Part shown: piece by piece, positions 14,218 to 48,298 of the stretch | How the letters are laid out: each line of letters starts with the position of its first letter | Numbering within the stretch: the first letter of the stretch is position 1 | From: Lingula anatina | Taxonomy: Eukaryota; Animalia; Brachiopoda | NCBI GenBank assembly: GCA_051362555.1 | Contig: CM120640.1 | Span: 51,500,788 to 51,564,787, forward strand | Length of the DNA: 64,000 nucleotides | Direction of reading: 5' to 3' | Position numbers and translations under genes: made by a program | Notes under the pieces: model-generated | The model's input: the letters and a program-made list of their open reading frames with translations, nothing else | Told to the model about the DNA's origin: nothing | Database searches by the model: none

Positions 14218-16986
14218 ATGTTTAGCGTACTTCTTCTTACTTTGGTGGCTTCGGCCTTTGCTGAGGATTATGTCCCAGCACCAGACATTCAGCTGAGAGG
14301 ACCAACAGTCTCCCCAGCCGGTAAGTCTATTTCAGATTTTAAAAATTCCTTAATTTTGAGTATTTGAATGAATTAAAGAAAACTCTGCATTATTATGAGA
14401 AAAAACAAGCAAGAAATTTCCCAGCTATACAGTGACAAACGATTCAATTATATAGTGACAACAAATTCTAGGTATTTCTTGCAACGTTGATTTTTAAAGT
14501 GAAGAAGGAAAGAGCAGAAGATGAACCTTGAAGGCCAAAATAATCTAAATATCTATTCGTTTTTACTTATCATCTTATTGTGATAAAAGGTAGTAGGAGC
14601 GCGAGTGTAAGTTTGCGCAAAATTTTGGACGGTGGGAATCTAATTGACAAAAATAAACCTGCACTGCCATTAGCTACACACAGTTGTTACGAAGCCGTTA
14701 ACATCAACACTAAATTGTGTTGCGCGTGAGTGAAGTGATTTGCCATGAGAGCCAGTCACATGTCATCCCCAGTTTCCGCTATCAGATGTTGTAAACATCA
14801 ACAACCATGCGTAGTCGCTGTAAAAGTGGTTTGGTAAAATGATATTAATTCTGTTAGTCTTGAGGGGTAAAACGACTTAAGTAAAGCACGCTTTTTTGAT
14901 AGCATTACTCAAAACGGAACCCAAGATATGTTTTGGGCACAACCAGTTTGATTACTGGGCGAACGAGGTGTAAGCGCTTAACTGTCTAAATAACCCGTTA
15001 AGTGCCAAAATTAGCATGATGAATTGTAACACGCAAACTAAAAAATAGATAAATGTGCTTTTAGAACAGACTTTCTTTGTCAGAGGAAAAATATACACCT
15101 CCCCTTTGACATGAAACTCTGGAACCTATTCGGACCAGCCATAATGGACTTCAATTATAGAACTGTATCCAAGCATAACTTTCACTCTACCCTATATTTA
15201 TTGTGTAGAATTCTGCAGAAGATGCATCGAGGAGAGAAACGGCGTCGGCTACTACGAGGATCCATACGACTGCGGAAGCTACCTGCAGTGCGATATTGAT
15301 GATGATGGCACCGTGTTCGCCCACAAGAAGCCTTGTGCAGAGGGTACCCTCTTCGACCGCAATGTCGTCACCTGTGTCCCATGTGAGGTTGCTACCTGCG
15401 ACGGCAGCAAGGCTCCAAGCCCACAATGCCCACCAAGAAGTAGGTCTTTAACACACTTTTATAGTTTTTTTACATTCAAAGTTTGCCTTGAAGACTAAAT
15501 TTTGGAAAGACTCATGTGAAAAAAGACGCTTAAAAGGGATGAAAATGTATAACTTACGATATTTAAATGATTACATTATTAACTCTCCTTTCCAGCTCCA
15601 CCACCAACCACCACCATGGGATACACCACCCTTCCACAATTCGACGGCAAATGCGATGGGCCAGACGGCTGGACTTACCTCGCTGTGTGGGGTGATGCCC
15701 ATGTCTTCTACAGACAGCAGACCCTTGGTGATGACACCAGAATCGAGCGTGTGAGCTGCGGACCATGGGAGTTCAGCGTCTCCACATGCATGTGCGTTGT
15801 CCCAGGTATGTAGCATACTCGAAATAACAATTCAGTCCTATTGTCTTTTCTGATGCAACACAGACACAAAATGTTACGCGGCACAGTATTTCAAGTTACA
15901 CACTTTTCGAATGTTTTTATAGATATTTAATTGCGTTAAAATGGCATTTTATGTTTCCAGATCTCCAGGCCATCGGTCTCTGGCCATTCGATGAGAACAC
16001 CGACACCATCGTCGACAACTTCTGGACAGATTGTACCGGTGTTGAGATTTCCTCTGGCAAGGTCGGCGGATCTGCCCACTTCAACGGCTCTGTCCACTGC
16101 GAGGTTCCACGTTTCAACAACTACCCATGGGGCTCCGCCCTCACCATCTCTTTCTGGTACGATACTCACGGTGGCGAGAGACGCCAGGGTCTCCTCGGCA
16201 ATGGCAACTGCCAGATTGAGCCAACCATCACCTTCTGGTCCGAGTACTCCAAGCTTGGTGGCCGCATCCTTGTCGACAACAACGGAACCCTCGAGACCGT
16301 TAACATTGACGGATACGTAAATATCTTTATGCATTTGTATCTTTATGTATTAAGACCTGAACGATTTTATAGTGCTGAATTTGACAATAAACAGTTCGCT
16401 CAATGGTGCAGTCTGAGCCTCTTAGTTATACGGAACTCCACTTACGATATTTTGTATCTATTTTCTCAGGGTGCTGCTGGCTGGAACCACGTTGCTTTGA
16501 CTTACGATGGTCTCAGACTTAAATTGTACGTCAATGGTGCCGCCGTCATGGACAGTATTGCCGTTGGCAGCATCCCAGCCACCCTTGCTCCATTGTACAT
16601 GGGCAGAGACCTCAACTGCGAGTACACCGATGGCTTCAGCAACACCGGTCTCGTCGGATTCATCGATGAGGTAATTATGGAAGGTTTATGCAGCAAATAA
16701 AAAACAATGCGCATATTGATCATTTTATAATTTAGTAATCGAATAGTTAAAGAGAAAAATTCTACATGGCTTTGACTATGCCCTCTTTAATATCTGTAGA
16801 TTACTCTTATATAAGGTGACACTTATACTGTCCGTGCCGTGAATCTATTTACAATCTGTACCTATTCTTAATTTCTTTCTTTCTTTGCCACTCTAGGTTC
16901 AGATCTACGACTGGGCTCTCAGTGACGCCATGATTGCCAGACTTAACGCTGGTGAGAGAAACCTCAAGATGGCCAGAGTTGACTAG
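14218..16986 (+). CDS. Secreted chitin-binding type-2 + laminin G/ConA-like domain protein, paralogue 2 (~396 aa)
   Basis: Exons 14218-14320, 15209-15439, 15596-15805, 15961-16316, 16470-16670, 16897-16986; 1191 nt, phase-consistent, ending in TAG. Signal peptide MFSVLLLTLVASAFA. Shares RGPTVSPA, GPDGWTYL, IERVSC, PRFNNYP and IPATLAPL with paralogue 1. Two exons have identical lengths in both genes (231 and 356 nt). AATAAA near 17212. Confidence 0.9.
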
Positions 16987-18087
16987 ATATTTCATTTACC
17001 AACAAACACTAACTTATCAAGTCTATAATATCATCTTTTGTGACTCAGATGGATTGGAAGTGACTGCGTGAAATGGACTTGAGACTGACCCACTCGCATC
17101 GGGCTTCCCGAAGTGCGGTTTTAAAAAGAAATCCCAGTTCTGGAATCACAATGCGGCTGATTTATAAATCATCAACTTGCTTGGGGGTTTATTACTAGTA
17201 TTAAAAATAGAAATAAAACTATTTGTTGAATCGTAGAACCTTTGAGTGTAGTTTAGTTTTTAGTTAAAATATTACTCCACATAGCGTAGTGTTCCACTGG
17301 ATACAATTGAAGCAAACGGTTCGTCATCTCAGATTTCTGTACATAGCTGGTCGCCTGGTCGTACGCCATACCGTTATGAATATTTTGTGCTTCATCCAAC
17401 CACACCGCATGAAGTCAGGGGTGTTAACAGCTTTATATTACCAAATTTTCATTTGAATAAACAGCTTTTGCTTCATAGGCAATTCAAATTTTGTTCCCAT
17501 TTTAACTTATCATTATAATGATCATTTATCATCAGATTCAATAAACCATTTAACTTTTGCACCTGTGATATAGCTGTTTCTAACTTATTCAGTGCACCGT
17601 TCAGGTGTCCTTTCATAATCTGATCATTTCGCTATTACATAAGGATATACAACTTGCACAAATCAGTGCCAGGCATTTCTACAAAACTCAAGAGAGTAGC
17701 TTAATACATACGGTATTTACAAATAGAGCCATGCTTTGTTACAATGGTGCTTGATGTAATATTCGGAAAAATATTTGGCGACGGACTCTTTATAATAATG
17801 CTTGTACCACGGCTCAATGTAAGAATTAACTAGCTTTGGTTTCAAAATAAATTGACCCTGTTTTCGGGACGGTCCCGTAAATACATAAATCCATTGTTAA
17901 TTTGAATTTTCTAGGGTAAGGGGTAGAACTCTTTCTAAAATGATTGCTGGGTTTATCATTAAAGTGATATTATAATGTAATAGCAGTATATATGTATTAT
18001 CAAAATTTATCTATTCCCTTTTGAATAAGCACAAAATCTGTTTTATTCAAAGTGTGCTGAAAGCTACGGTACGCTCCCCCCCCCTAC

Positions 18088-18092
<5 letters not shown>

Positions 18093-18141
<49 letters not shown>
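18093..18141. repeat. (CT)n microsatellite
   Basis: Directly visible. Confidence 0.95.
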
Positions 18142-18144
<3 letters not shown>

Positions 18145-20977
18145 CTCTGGCAACTCGTTAGTTTTTTCAGCATCGCGTTCAACATCACCCTTACTCGAAA
18201 CTTTTTTTTTAATTTGTAAGTTCTTCATTTGGATTCACATCGATATCAAAACGTGTCTTCTGGCTACAAAAAATAGATACTGTAGATTTCTCAAAGCATG
18301 CAAATGACCATTTAACGGACCAGCGTGTAAATCTTGTGGCGGGTAACGTCTGAATTTGTCTTCAGTTCGTGCAGTCGGTTAACAAACAAAATATCAGTTC
18401 AAAAACAAAATAAGAAAGCCCCCTTTGTTTTTTTTTCAAGTATGACATTTTTGTCGTTAGAAGAGACAACCACTCCGTGATGTCACTTGATGGTTACAGG
18501 TACAATTTAAAGGGGGCTTTTAATGCTCTATGGACAGACAATAACAATATCAATTTGAAGTTTAAAGACAAAGCCTCTATGTTTGGCGAAGGACATCCCT
18601 CCCAAATGAAAAACTTGACAGAATGACAGTGCCCTGGTACCGTTTTTATTGACGAACGACACGTATTGTTCCTTGTCCGACAATGGTTCTATTCTTGTAA
18701 GATTAACTCATGAGGGGTAAGGGAACTATTCATCAAATACCTTGAAATATACCGACGCAGATTATAGGAAATGAATTTACTTCTTCCTTAATAAATATCC
18801 GGTATTTATATCAAAATGTGCTTAATATGATAATCTGATGAGGTAATATGTCTACAAATGTTAATTTTAAATCCTTAGTATATTAAGTATTTGTCACGAT
18901 TCTGTGATGACTAAATGTCACCGCAGATATGTGCAGCATTTCAATTACCAAAACAAATTTTTTTTTTTCAAAAACGATCCTTTTACATCAAATGTGACTA
19001 CAAGAAGAAATAGACTGTGCCTCAGCTGGTAAACTGATGAAAACATAAAATTGCATTACATAAAATAACAAATAACGTAAACTTTTGGAGGGGTTGCAGA
19101 TGGGATAGAAAAGCTTCAGTCTTTAGCGGGTGTATGGCATATATGTACAAGCATCGTCCCCCAGTGGTAAAGGTATAATCTGACAAAAAGTACGAGTCCC
19201 AGTTCCAGCCGCTGCAAAGTTATATTGAGCACACTACATGTATGTCAGAGACTTTTTTGCTTTGGGCGCTCTGTGAATTTGAAAATTAGGATTAAACTTC
19301 GAACATAACCTAGAGATCGATAAGATGCACAATCTGACAAAAACATTTTTGGGGGTGGGGGGGGGGGGGCTACATGTACATGTACCAGTACGTCAAGTCG
19401 TTGCATACATGTACATGTAGTTATGCTGAACACAACTTGTTATTTGGAAGCATTTCGAACGAAAGGATAAACCCAAAAACTTCCATCGAAGGCATAGCAA
19501 TATATTGACAAGGATAATTGTACACTTCTTACAACACTAAAGGTGTACATGAGATGCTTCAAGTCCTGAGTGGCACTTGAAACAATCGCCCTTAGTTAAT
19601 TAAACTTACATATTAAAGATTCTGAATTTGCTTTAACTTGCTATTTCAGCAACGCTAGTCTTTGTTTATATACTTGATAAGTATCACTAATATGTTAAAA
19701 CCATTCCGACTTTTTGCCAAGGCACATTTTATTCACACACTCTAAGATTAGTTCTGTTTTGCTTACTATACATGTGCGAGCATCTGTAATTGACATGCCA
19801 GTCCTTTCATTCTTATAAGAACTCGTGGAATGGTCTAACCGGCGATCTATATACCATTAAGCGCTGTGTTATACCCCGCTCCATATCACCGCCACTTCTT
19901 CCAGTTTGATCGCGATAAGGGCAATTTGAGAAAATGGTGGCTGAGGTTTCCACTCTGGCCCGGGCAAGAGCCGTCTTAGTGATTTAGGTGCAAAGCATCA
20001 CCATATACGCTAGTAAATTTTCTTGTGGATGTCCTACCTAAGACCACTTTAAGTAGCCTTAATGGAATTCACATGACATCTCAGGACAAACAATGAGAAA
20101 ATAAGTGCGCCACTTTAAGAATAACATCGATTTATTTGCATTGATTACAGAATACCATATTTATTTAGTTATGAACTCGACCATTTGCGCAAAATAACCT
20201 TAGAAAAAATTTAATTTAAAAAAAGTTAAGTTCCAAAGTACGGTTCAATGACCGCTTCCATATTATGGTTAATCACCGGTCACTTAGATATTTTATTCCT
20301 ATGCTAAAGTTGCTATATGCTCGAAGAACACTAGGCACGACATGATGTAACAGAAATAGATTAGTCATTTTATTATGTGATCAACATGTTAGACTCGAAT
20401 TCACTGTCGTACGGCAGCATTCAAGAAAACTATTGCTAAAATGAGGCAAAGTATCTTCGACATCATTATCTTCTGATGATAATAATAATAATAATAATAA
20501 TAAAATTAGCCAGGTATCCTAATAGGGTTGTTCTCTTTCCTGCTTAATATTGTGCACTTTGCCAGCAGTGGTGATACTGGGTGTTTCGTGTCTTCTCTGA
20601 CGCACTCATCACAGCATTCAGTCTAACGTAGCCGCGTACCAAACAATACTACCTACATTAAAACAGTTATTTTTTTCTCTCTTTTTTCATTTTAAAATTT
20701 AAATGCATACTTTCGTATCACCTCTGTAAATTATATTAGAGTATTTGAAGGTTCTTTAAAGACTTGCTAGGAAGCCGAGCTCCCAAGCCAGAAATACGTT
20801 GAGTACATTGATAATTCTTGCAATTTGTCTACACACTTAAAATGATATATGCATGAAGTAAGTACTGCCTTGGGTTTTTTCGTCCCAAGATTGCCCTTAA
20901 AATATAGCACAGGTGCTTGATTTTAGTGTGCATCAAAAGACTTTCCAATGTTATGTGAATAGCTTTAGGCAGGACAC

Positions 20978-21060
20978 AAATAAAATAAAATAAAATAAAA
21001 TAAAATAAAATAAAATAAAGAAATAAAATAAATGAATAAATAAATAAATAATAAAATAAT
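20978..21060. repeat. (TAAAA)n/(TAAA)n simple repeat
   Basis: Directly visible. A separate (AAT)n run lies at 20478-20502. Confidence 0.9.
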
Positions 21061-23292
21061 CATAAATGAAAATGTCGCGTTTGACGAATTGTGAAGAAAC
21101 CAGGTAATCAACTGAAAAATAATTAAAAAACTATAGGCTTTTCATTTTAAGCACGTTACTTACATGTACATGGGCTTAAACTTACAGTGTATTAAGCTAT
21201 CAGTACTGCTTTAACTTATGTTATAATGTTTAATCTTCGCATTTACTTCAAAAATATATATGTTATATTATGTTTTAAGCGTCTGTCTTCTTTTAATAGG
21301 CTATTTTAGGTTATTATACGGTCGTTGAACTGATAGGTTTTGGGATTGGGTCATATGTGTACAGGAGCAGAATGGCCAAGTATGGTGCTAGTAACTGCCT
21401 TGTATTATCAAGTAAAAGGCCGCATATTTTAAGTTTTTGCAGCCACTGACAAACGTTATTCTAATCACAAACAAAAGATAGTACGGAGTTGAGCAGTCTG
21501 CTAAACATTTGAGATGCACACTTGTTCACTAGGTGAGACATATGAAGCCGCGACATGACTCAACAGCCATTAGAGATCGCCGAGATGTCGAGACTCGTTG
21601 AACTTCACATACTAGTTAATACCACGAGGGCATATACCGGGCCACCCTTTGGTTTTATTACGCAATGAAAATCCTTTACCAGTGTAAGTTTTGCGCAACG
21701 TGGGTTTACTGCCATCTTGATCGATGGTTTTCACTGCACTAGTGTTAAAATTTAATTTTCACTACTTGTGTTTTGAGAAATTCTCAACATAATTCATATA
21801 CAAAGCTGATGTACCTCTTCCGATATTTTACAAGTTGATATTTTATCATACCTACTATATATTGTTTACAACTTCAAATGGTACTTCACCCTGCGCACGT
21901 TCAAGTTTTGGTCGCATACTTCATGTAAGAACAATCCAAAGGCGTTGAGAGAAGGCACGATATACCGGTACGAGAAGGTGGCAAAGTGCAACAAGCTATC
22001 GAATACTTCGTGTGAAAACCAGGAGAAAAAGAAACAAGATTCTCTTACAAGTACATCTTTGTTTGATGTATCTGGACAATTTCTTGATCAGATTATTCCA
22101 AAATAACAAAGAACCAGTAAATATAAATTCCATTTATTAGACAGGTTTACAAAAAGAAAACTACAAAGATATGAATGAGATAAGATATTCCATTCAATCC
22201 ATATTTTTCTGCCAGTTCCTTTACTGGATGAATACAGTGCAGCGATAATATGCTCCTAAAAGTATCATATAAGAAATATCAGAACAAACTGTTCACCCCA
22301 AAACAGAAATTGCTGGGACCTTATAATGCCAGAATGCTGACAAGGGCTTAAATAAACAGTCCCATATATGAATCATATATGTTAGAAACTAAACACTTTC
22401 CAAAATATCATATGTACACGCCTTATAAATATAAACTTAACATTTAAACTTCTCCAGGAAAACTCTTTAAAACATTAGAATTGCTCCACGTTCCATCAAT
22501 TGAAAAAAATGACACCGTAAATATACTTTTGAGGTCTTACTGTGGCGACATACGGACGGAACAAAATCACTTACATGTATATTAATATACCTCGCTGATG
22601 GATTTGCAAAAGCAATGATAAATTATGTCGTCACTTTTGGTTATAATCTTTCAACCTTTTCTAAACCCGTCACAGTAGAAAGAAAATCATGATCGGTAAA
22701 TACGTCTGACAGACTGAACAAGCACACAAATTCACTATAAAAAACTTGCTCACGTAAAAGAACACTATATCACTATGAAGATCAGAACTACCGTCTGTAC
22801 GTAGCGTCCGCCCATTATCCACTTACCTAGGGCCCGTTTCATACCATAGTCTTGGGTTAAGCTTATGCTATTAAAATGAGACAGCCGACTAAAATACGCA
22901 AAATGGATTTTGCGGTATTGGTCTAAGAGCGATTAAGGATGACTGACCTACAATAAAAGTATTTAACATACCTAAAGCATAAAGTCACCGCTGAGGGCAC
23001 ACATTTTAGTCAAGACAATCACAATTTGCAGGGGGTGGGGGTGGGTTACTCGAAATATTAAAAAAAATCGAAGTTACCGGAATTTCAGATCCTTTGTGAA
23101 ACGCAACAGTACGCTAAGTTTTACATGAGATTTTTGCCCAAAAAGTGACTTAAACTATCTGGAATGATGCACTCTTACAAAGTTAAAGCTGATATACACA
23201 ACAGCGACAAAACCACTTAGTCTATTCAATGGAAAAACCAGTTGTGAATTTATACATGTACATCTATCACAATCCCACGTTGAACTAAATGA

Positions 23293-43505
<20,213 letters not shown>

Positions 43506-45283
43506 TGCACAGTTTTTCGAGAGCACATGCAAAGAAAAATTGCCCTTCTGAAAACGGCTTCTCCAAGGTACACAAAGATGGCGACTTTAATAGTTCCAAA
43601 AGAGATGTGTACATACAGATACACAACAAATACAAGAGAGTTCAACATTACACAGAATATTTTTCAAAAAGGGAAGATATCATTTAATTTATTATAGAGA
43701 CAGGATACAGTGTGAATATGTAGAGAAAAAGTAAGATTTTTCTGTGATATATAGAGGATAAAAATTTACGGAACCAGCTCAGACATATGCCGAAAGAGGG
43801 CGCTAAGGAACATGATATCAATAGGCACCCGATAATACGAGCAATTGTATTTCTGTGGCAAGCGTCAACTATATTGTTTTAAGGGTTCATGTGCGTTAAG
43901 TAACGACACAAGTATTGATATTTTCTCTAAACTCTTTTCTCGGAAACTCTATCAATTGAGTGATTGTTAATGCAGAAACCGACTAAACCTAACGCATTAT
44001 CACCCTTACAAGTATGCCTACTAGCCAACCCTAGTAGCCTACGGTACATGTAGGCCTACATGTACAAATGTAGTAGTTTGTAGCAAATACTGATATGCTG
44101 ATTTTTTGTCACGGAAATATGAGCTCATGTGAAGGAGAAAACACTACTGTACCGTAATAGAAACATGTGAAGATATTTTATTTTGTACTGCTCTCATTTT
44201 CAAAACCATAAAGTAGCCTAATTGTTAAGTGAGTTCGTGTTTAGGGAACGTGCAGAGAATAAAACCGAATAAGCGATCTATCAGACCAAGTCTGTCTTTA
44301 CATGTACATACGTACTATAAAGGATACAGCAATTAAAAAAATTAGATGGTTTTCCCACGTACATGTAGTAGGGGGCCTACTGGTAGTTGTTACTCGTCCG
44401 GGGGTTGGTATATGGTTGTTATCAGAGTTATACATGTACCACAGTCTCTATCCTTCCACGTTAAAGTGCGGCGCGACAGAAGTTCTTTTTATGATTACAA
44501 AAGATGGAAAGTAATCAAAAGTATAAAGTAAGTTCACAATGAATCGAGATACACTCAGTACATGTACATTCTCTCAAAACTGAAAGCACCAGCAAAACCA
44601 AAAGAGCGAATTTTTACACAACCTTTCGCAACGCAAATATCTCTTCTGTGTTATCATCTTCAGAAAACTGCCTCAAAAGGATATCAAAGGCTGGTGTTTT
44701 TTTTTTTTTTTTTTTTTTTTTTTGTGTATTCGGAGACACACGGAGATGTCAATAGGGGGCCTATTTCCTATAAGAAGAAAGAACTAAATAAACACGCAAG
44801 CGTGACTGATGAAAGTGGTTTGAGTTTAGCAAAGATAAAAATTATATTTGATTGCATTTTCTTTTTTCGTCATCCATAAAATTCGTCATTGCGGTGGTAA
44901 GATCTGGGACACGCATCCTCGTGCAATCAATATCTCACATCTCGCATTGAAAAGCCTGCAATTAAATTTCCGCGAAGGATAAACTTTTTGTAATCAAAGG
45001 CACATTAGAACTTTGTATCGTTTTCATGACGGTGAACTAATGTGAATTTCATTGCCTGATTCACTTGATGGAAACATTGGAGATGCGCGAGATTTAGAGA
45101 CAAAGCGTTTCAACTTCCACTGTCGCTTTGCCATCACTAAATTCGGTACAATATGCGTGATCAATCCCCAAACTGCACACAAGCAGCCGGCATTTGTATA
45201 AATGGTTGCCAAAGATTTCTTCCGCTTAACTGAACGTGCCGTAAAAAGCCAGCGTTATGTGTATCTCAGTACATTCGCTATCA

Positions 45284-48249
45284 ATGAACAAACTAGTCGT
45301 TTGCGTGTTGTATCTGTGGCTGCAGGGAGCAGAGGCTAATACAGGTAGGCTGCATTACCCCACGTTTGACTACGGTAATCAACTCGAACAGCTTTAAAAA
45401 ACGCATACACGTAACCCGTGTATGATTATGCTAGCATTAACTCATATGTACCATATTGTATCACTGCGTGATTTATTTTGCATTGAAACACTGCATGCAT
45501 TGTCTGTATTATCGATATTAATGATCTGTCGATATAACAATTGCAAGTTGGGCTTCGGGCTATCTTTGCCTGTATTCCCAGTTTTATTAGTTGCCATCAC
45601 GGTTGACTGACCCGTGGATGGCACTGCTAAGTCCTCAGGTCACATGGATATTGCGGACTTTGAGGTGACTGGGCGATGTGAATGCTACGCGCGTAACGTT
45701 CAATAAGTTTACCTCTACATGAAATGATGAACAATTATACTTCTAACGCATCTAATCATCCATCACTGACGAAGTCCTAGAATCCCGCATCCTGCACACC
45801 TGCAACCGACGTTAACAGTTCTATAGGATGAATATTACTTTTCAAGCAAAATTGCGTGGCAAAATATATAGGATAGACGTTTTTATGAAATGACGGGGAC
45901 TAAATAGCTTCCTGTACATTTATTTTAAAAGTTCAAAGTAAAAGTGATAGGTCTATTGCAAAATCTCTCCAACATAATTACTTCGGTGAAGAACTTTCTC
46001 TCTCTCTCTCTCTCTCTCTCTCTTTGTTATACATATAAATAAATAATTATTTCATCTCACACGAGTAATTGCTGTCTAGTATATCAATATACTATCATCC
46101 GAGAGATGAACTAAGGTTTTATGCAAAAGAGATTTTAACTGCAATCAACCTTTTGTAATGATTTAAACAAATTATCTGTGTTACATGTACATGCCTATTA
46201 ATGTAACTCTTCTAAGCATACAATATCAAGTGCAAATGTTAGACAGCAATATTGTGTAATCTGTTGCACCACTGATGAGCTACACTCAAAGTATCAAAAG
46301 ATAAATATAACATACTGGTACATGGCACGTTCATTTGACACTATATGCGTGTTTTGTCTTAATATCTGACCAGACGATTGAATTAATGTATATGTGTACT
46401 ATAGGGTTTAAGTACATTCTTGCTTAAAAGTATAGAGAATAACCCAAGAATATCAAAGTTGTGATCGCAAAAAGTTCAATCCAAGGAAATATGTCATCTA
46501 TTTCTGTCATGATGTGTACGAGTAGGCACCAACATTTGCTGGACATAGTAGAGTGTATCTGCACGCGACAGAGCCACAGGGACCTAATGTACCCGTGACC
46601 TTTCATTCTGTTCAGAGTTGTCATTCGGGTACATAAATTGTGTTTACTCAAGACATTTGTTGCACATCATTACAATGAAATTACTTAAGTTAGGAATATC
46701 AGGGATTTTGTGAAAACTATCATAGTGAAATTGAGAAAAAACATACATTTTTAGTTTTCGAAATACTTCTCTCCATGGCGAAAGATGAAACTACTCTTAA
46801 ATCCCTAATGCATACATCTTAATTACTATGACCCGATTTTTTCAAGAAAAAAAATATTCAAAACGCGGCCATAGTAATATTTGTAGCAGTTGGGAAATAA
46901 AAGACGTGTGCTGAAGGTGCCTGTATGACTGGAGGCGCTATTCCTCCGACGTGGCCGTTTAAAAGAAATTTTTGATTATTTCAAATTATAGCATTGGTTA
47001 AAAACGCTTATTATTGTCCCGCTGCGGGCGTGTAGACAATTGGTTTTGGCGCTTGGTTTTGTCTAACATCTATAGTGTATTTGACCGCCGTACTTGTGTT
47101 CAATTTTCTTTGTCTGATCATGCGCCAGTTTTGGACAGGCTCGAAAATCAATCAAGACTGAGAATTGTCCACAACTGCCTCATTGCACACCCTGAAATAA
47201 ACAGTCTAGAACGGGGTTGTAAAAAATAATGTACGGAAATGTCACTTTTGTCAAGGCAATGTAAACACATAAAGAAAGCCCGTATGCTTCACCTTAAAAT
47301 ATGTTGCATTGTGCTCTGAAAAAGAGAAAGACTATGAATTCATCTACTGTGACACGAACTGTTGTGCATGATGGATCATTCCAGATTTAAGATACACATG
47401 TACTAATATGCAGATAGTTTGGGGGTACCTTGTTTGTATGACACTAAAGATTTATTAAAGGGACAGAGTTTGGTCGTAATTAAAACTCGAACAAGTTATA
47501 GGACGGCTAATCTTCTCTATCCTCGGTGATGATCTTTTACGTGACCTTGGGCGTCTAGGGCCCAAGCGCCTTGCTCCGTTCAATATTTCATTAAAGACCT
47601 AAACAAATGTCAGTAAATAGTTCCAGCTACCAGTCTTCACGTTCTCGCAAAACGAGGGCTTGTTATCTGAGTACCAGAACTTTTTACTCCTCCCTTTGTT
47701 TTGAAATTTTTTTTCTCTTCAACTTATGAATGCTGAAATATGGAAATTGTGGTTTGTTCTTTGAGGTCAATTTCTCAGGAGCATTTTCATCAAATCGTTA
47801 AAATGAAATGCCACAAAGAATATGACAAACAAATATGTCACTTTCTGAAACAACTCGTCAGCTAAAGATCAAATCTAAGCTGGCATAATTATTTTGGCAG
47901 AGGTATGATACTGAGAACATCGTATTTATCTTTTTGATGTTATACGTTACTGTGCACAAATTTTCAACCAGACTGTAAATTCTTAAGGATAATAGGAAGA
48001 TGGTGGGAAATTGGGTTCATGAGATTTATGAATTTATGGAGATGCTGCTGGTGGTAAATAAGAATGTACATTGATGCCCAATCCCGGTACTAGTAGATAT
48101 ACATGGTGGATGTGTAATATACTGTAGGGTAAAAGTACTACAAGTATACGAGAAAAAACAACCATGAAGGCCTCCAAATAAAATTTGCTCTTCCATTTTG
48201 TAACATCTGCAACTGTGACTTACTTTTATCTAACAATAAACATTGCATA

Positions 48250-48298
<49 letters not shown>

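Noticed and set aside
15936-16334. Antisense or alternative-frame ORFs over paralogue 2 exons
   Set aside because: Shadow ORFs caused by the codon bias of the real exon.
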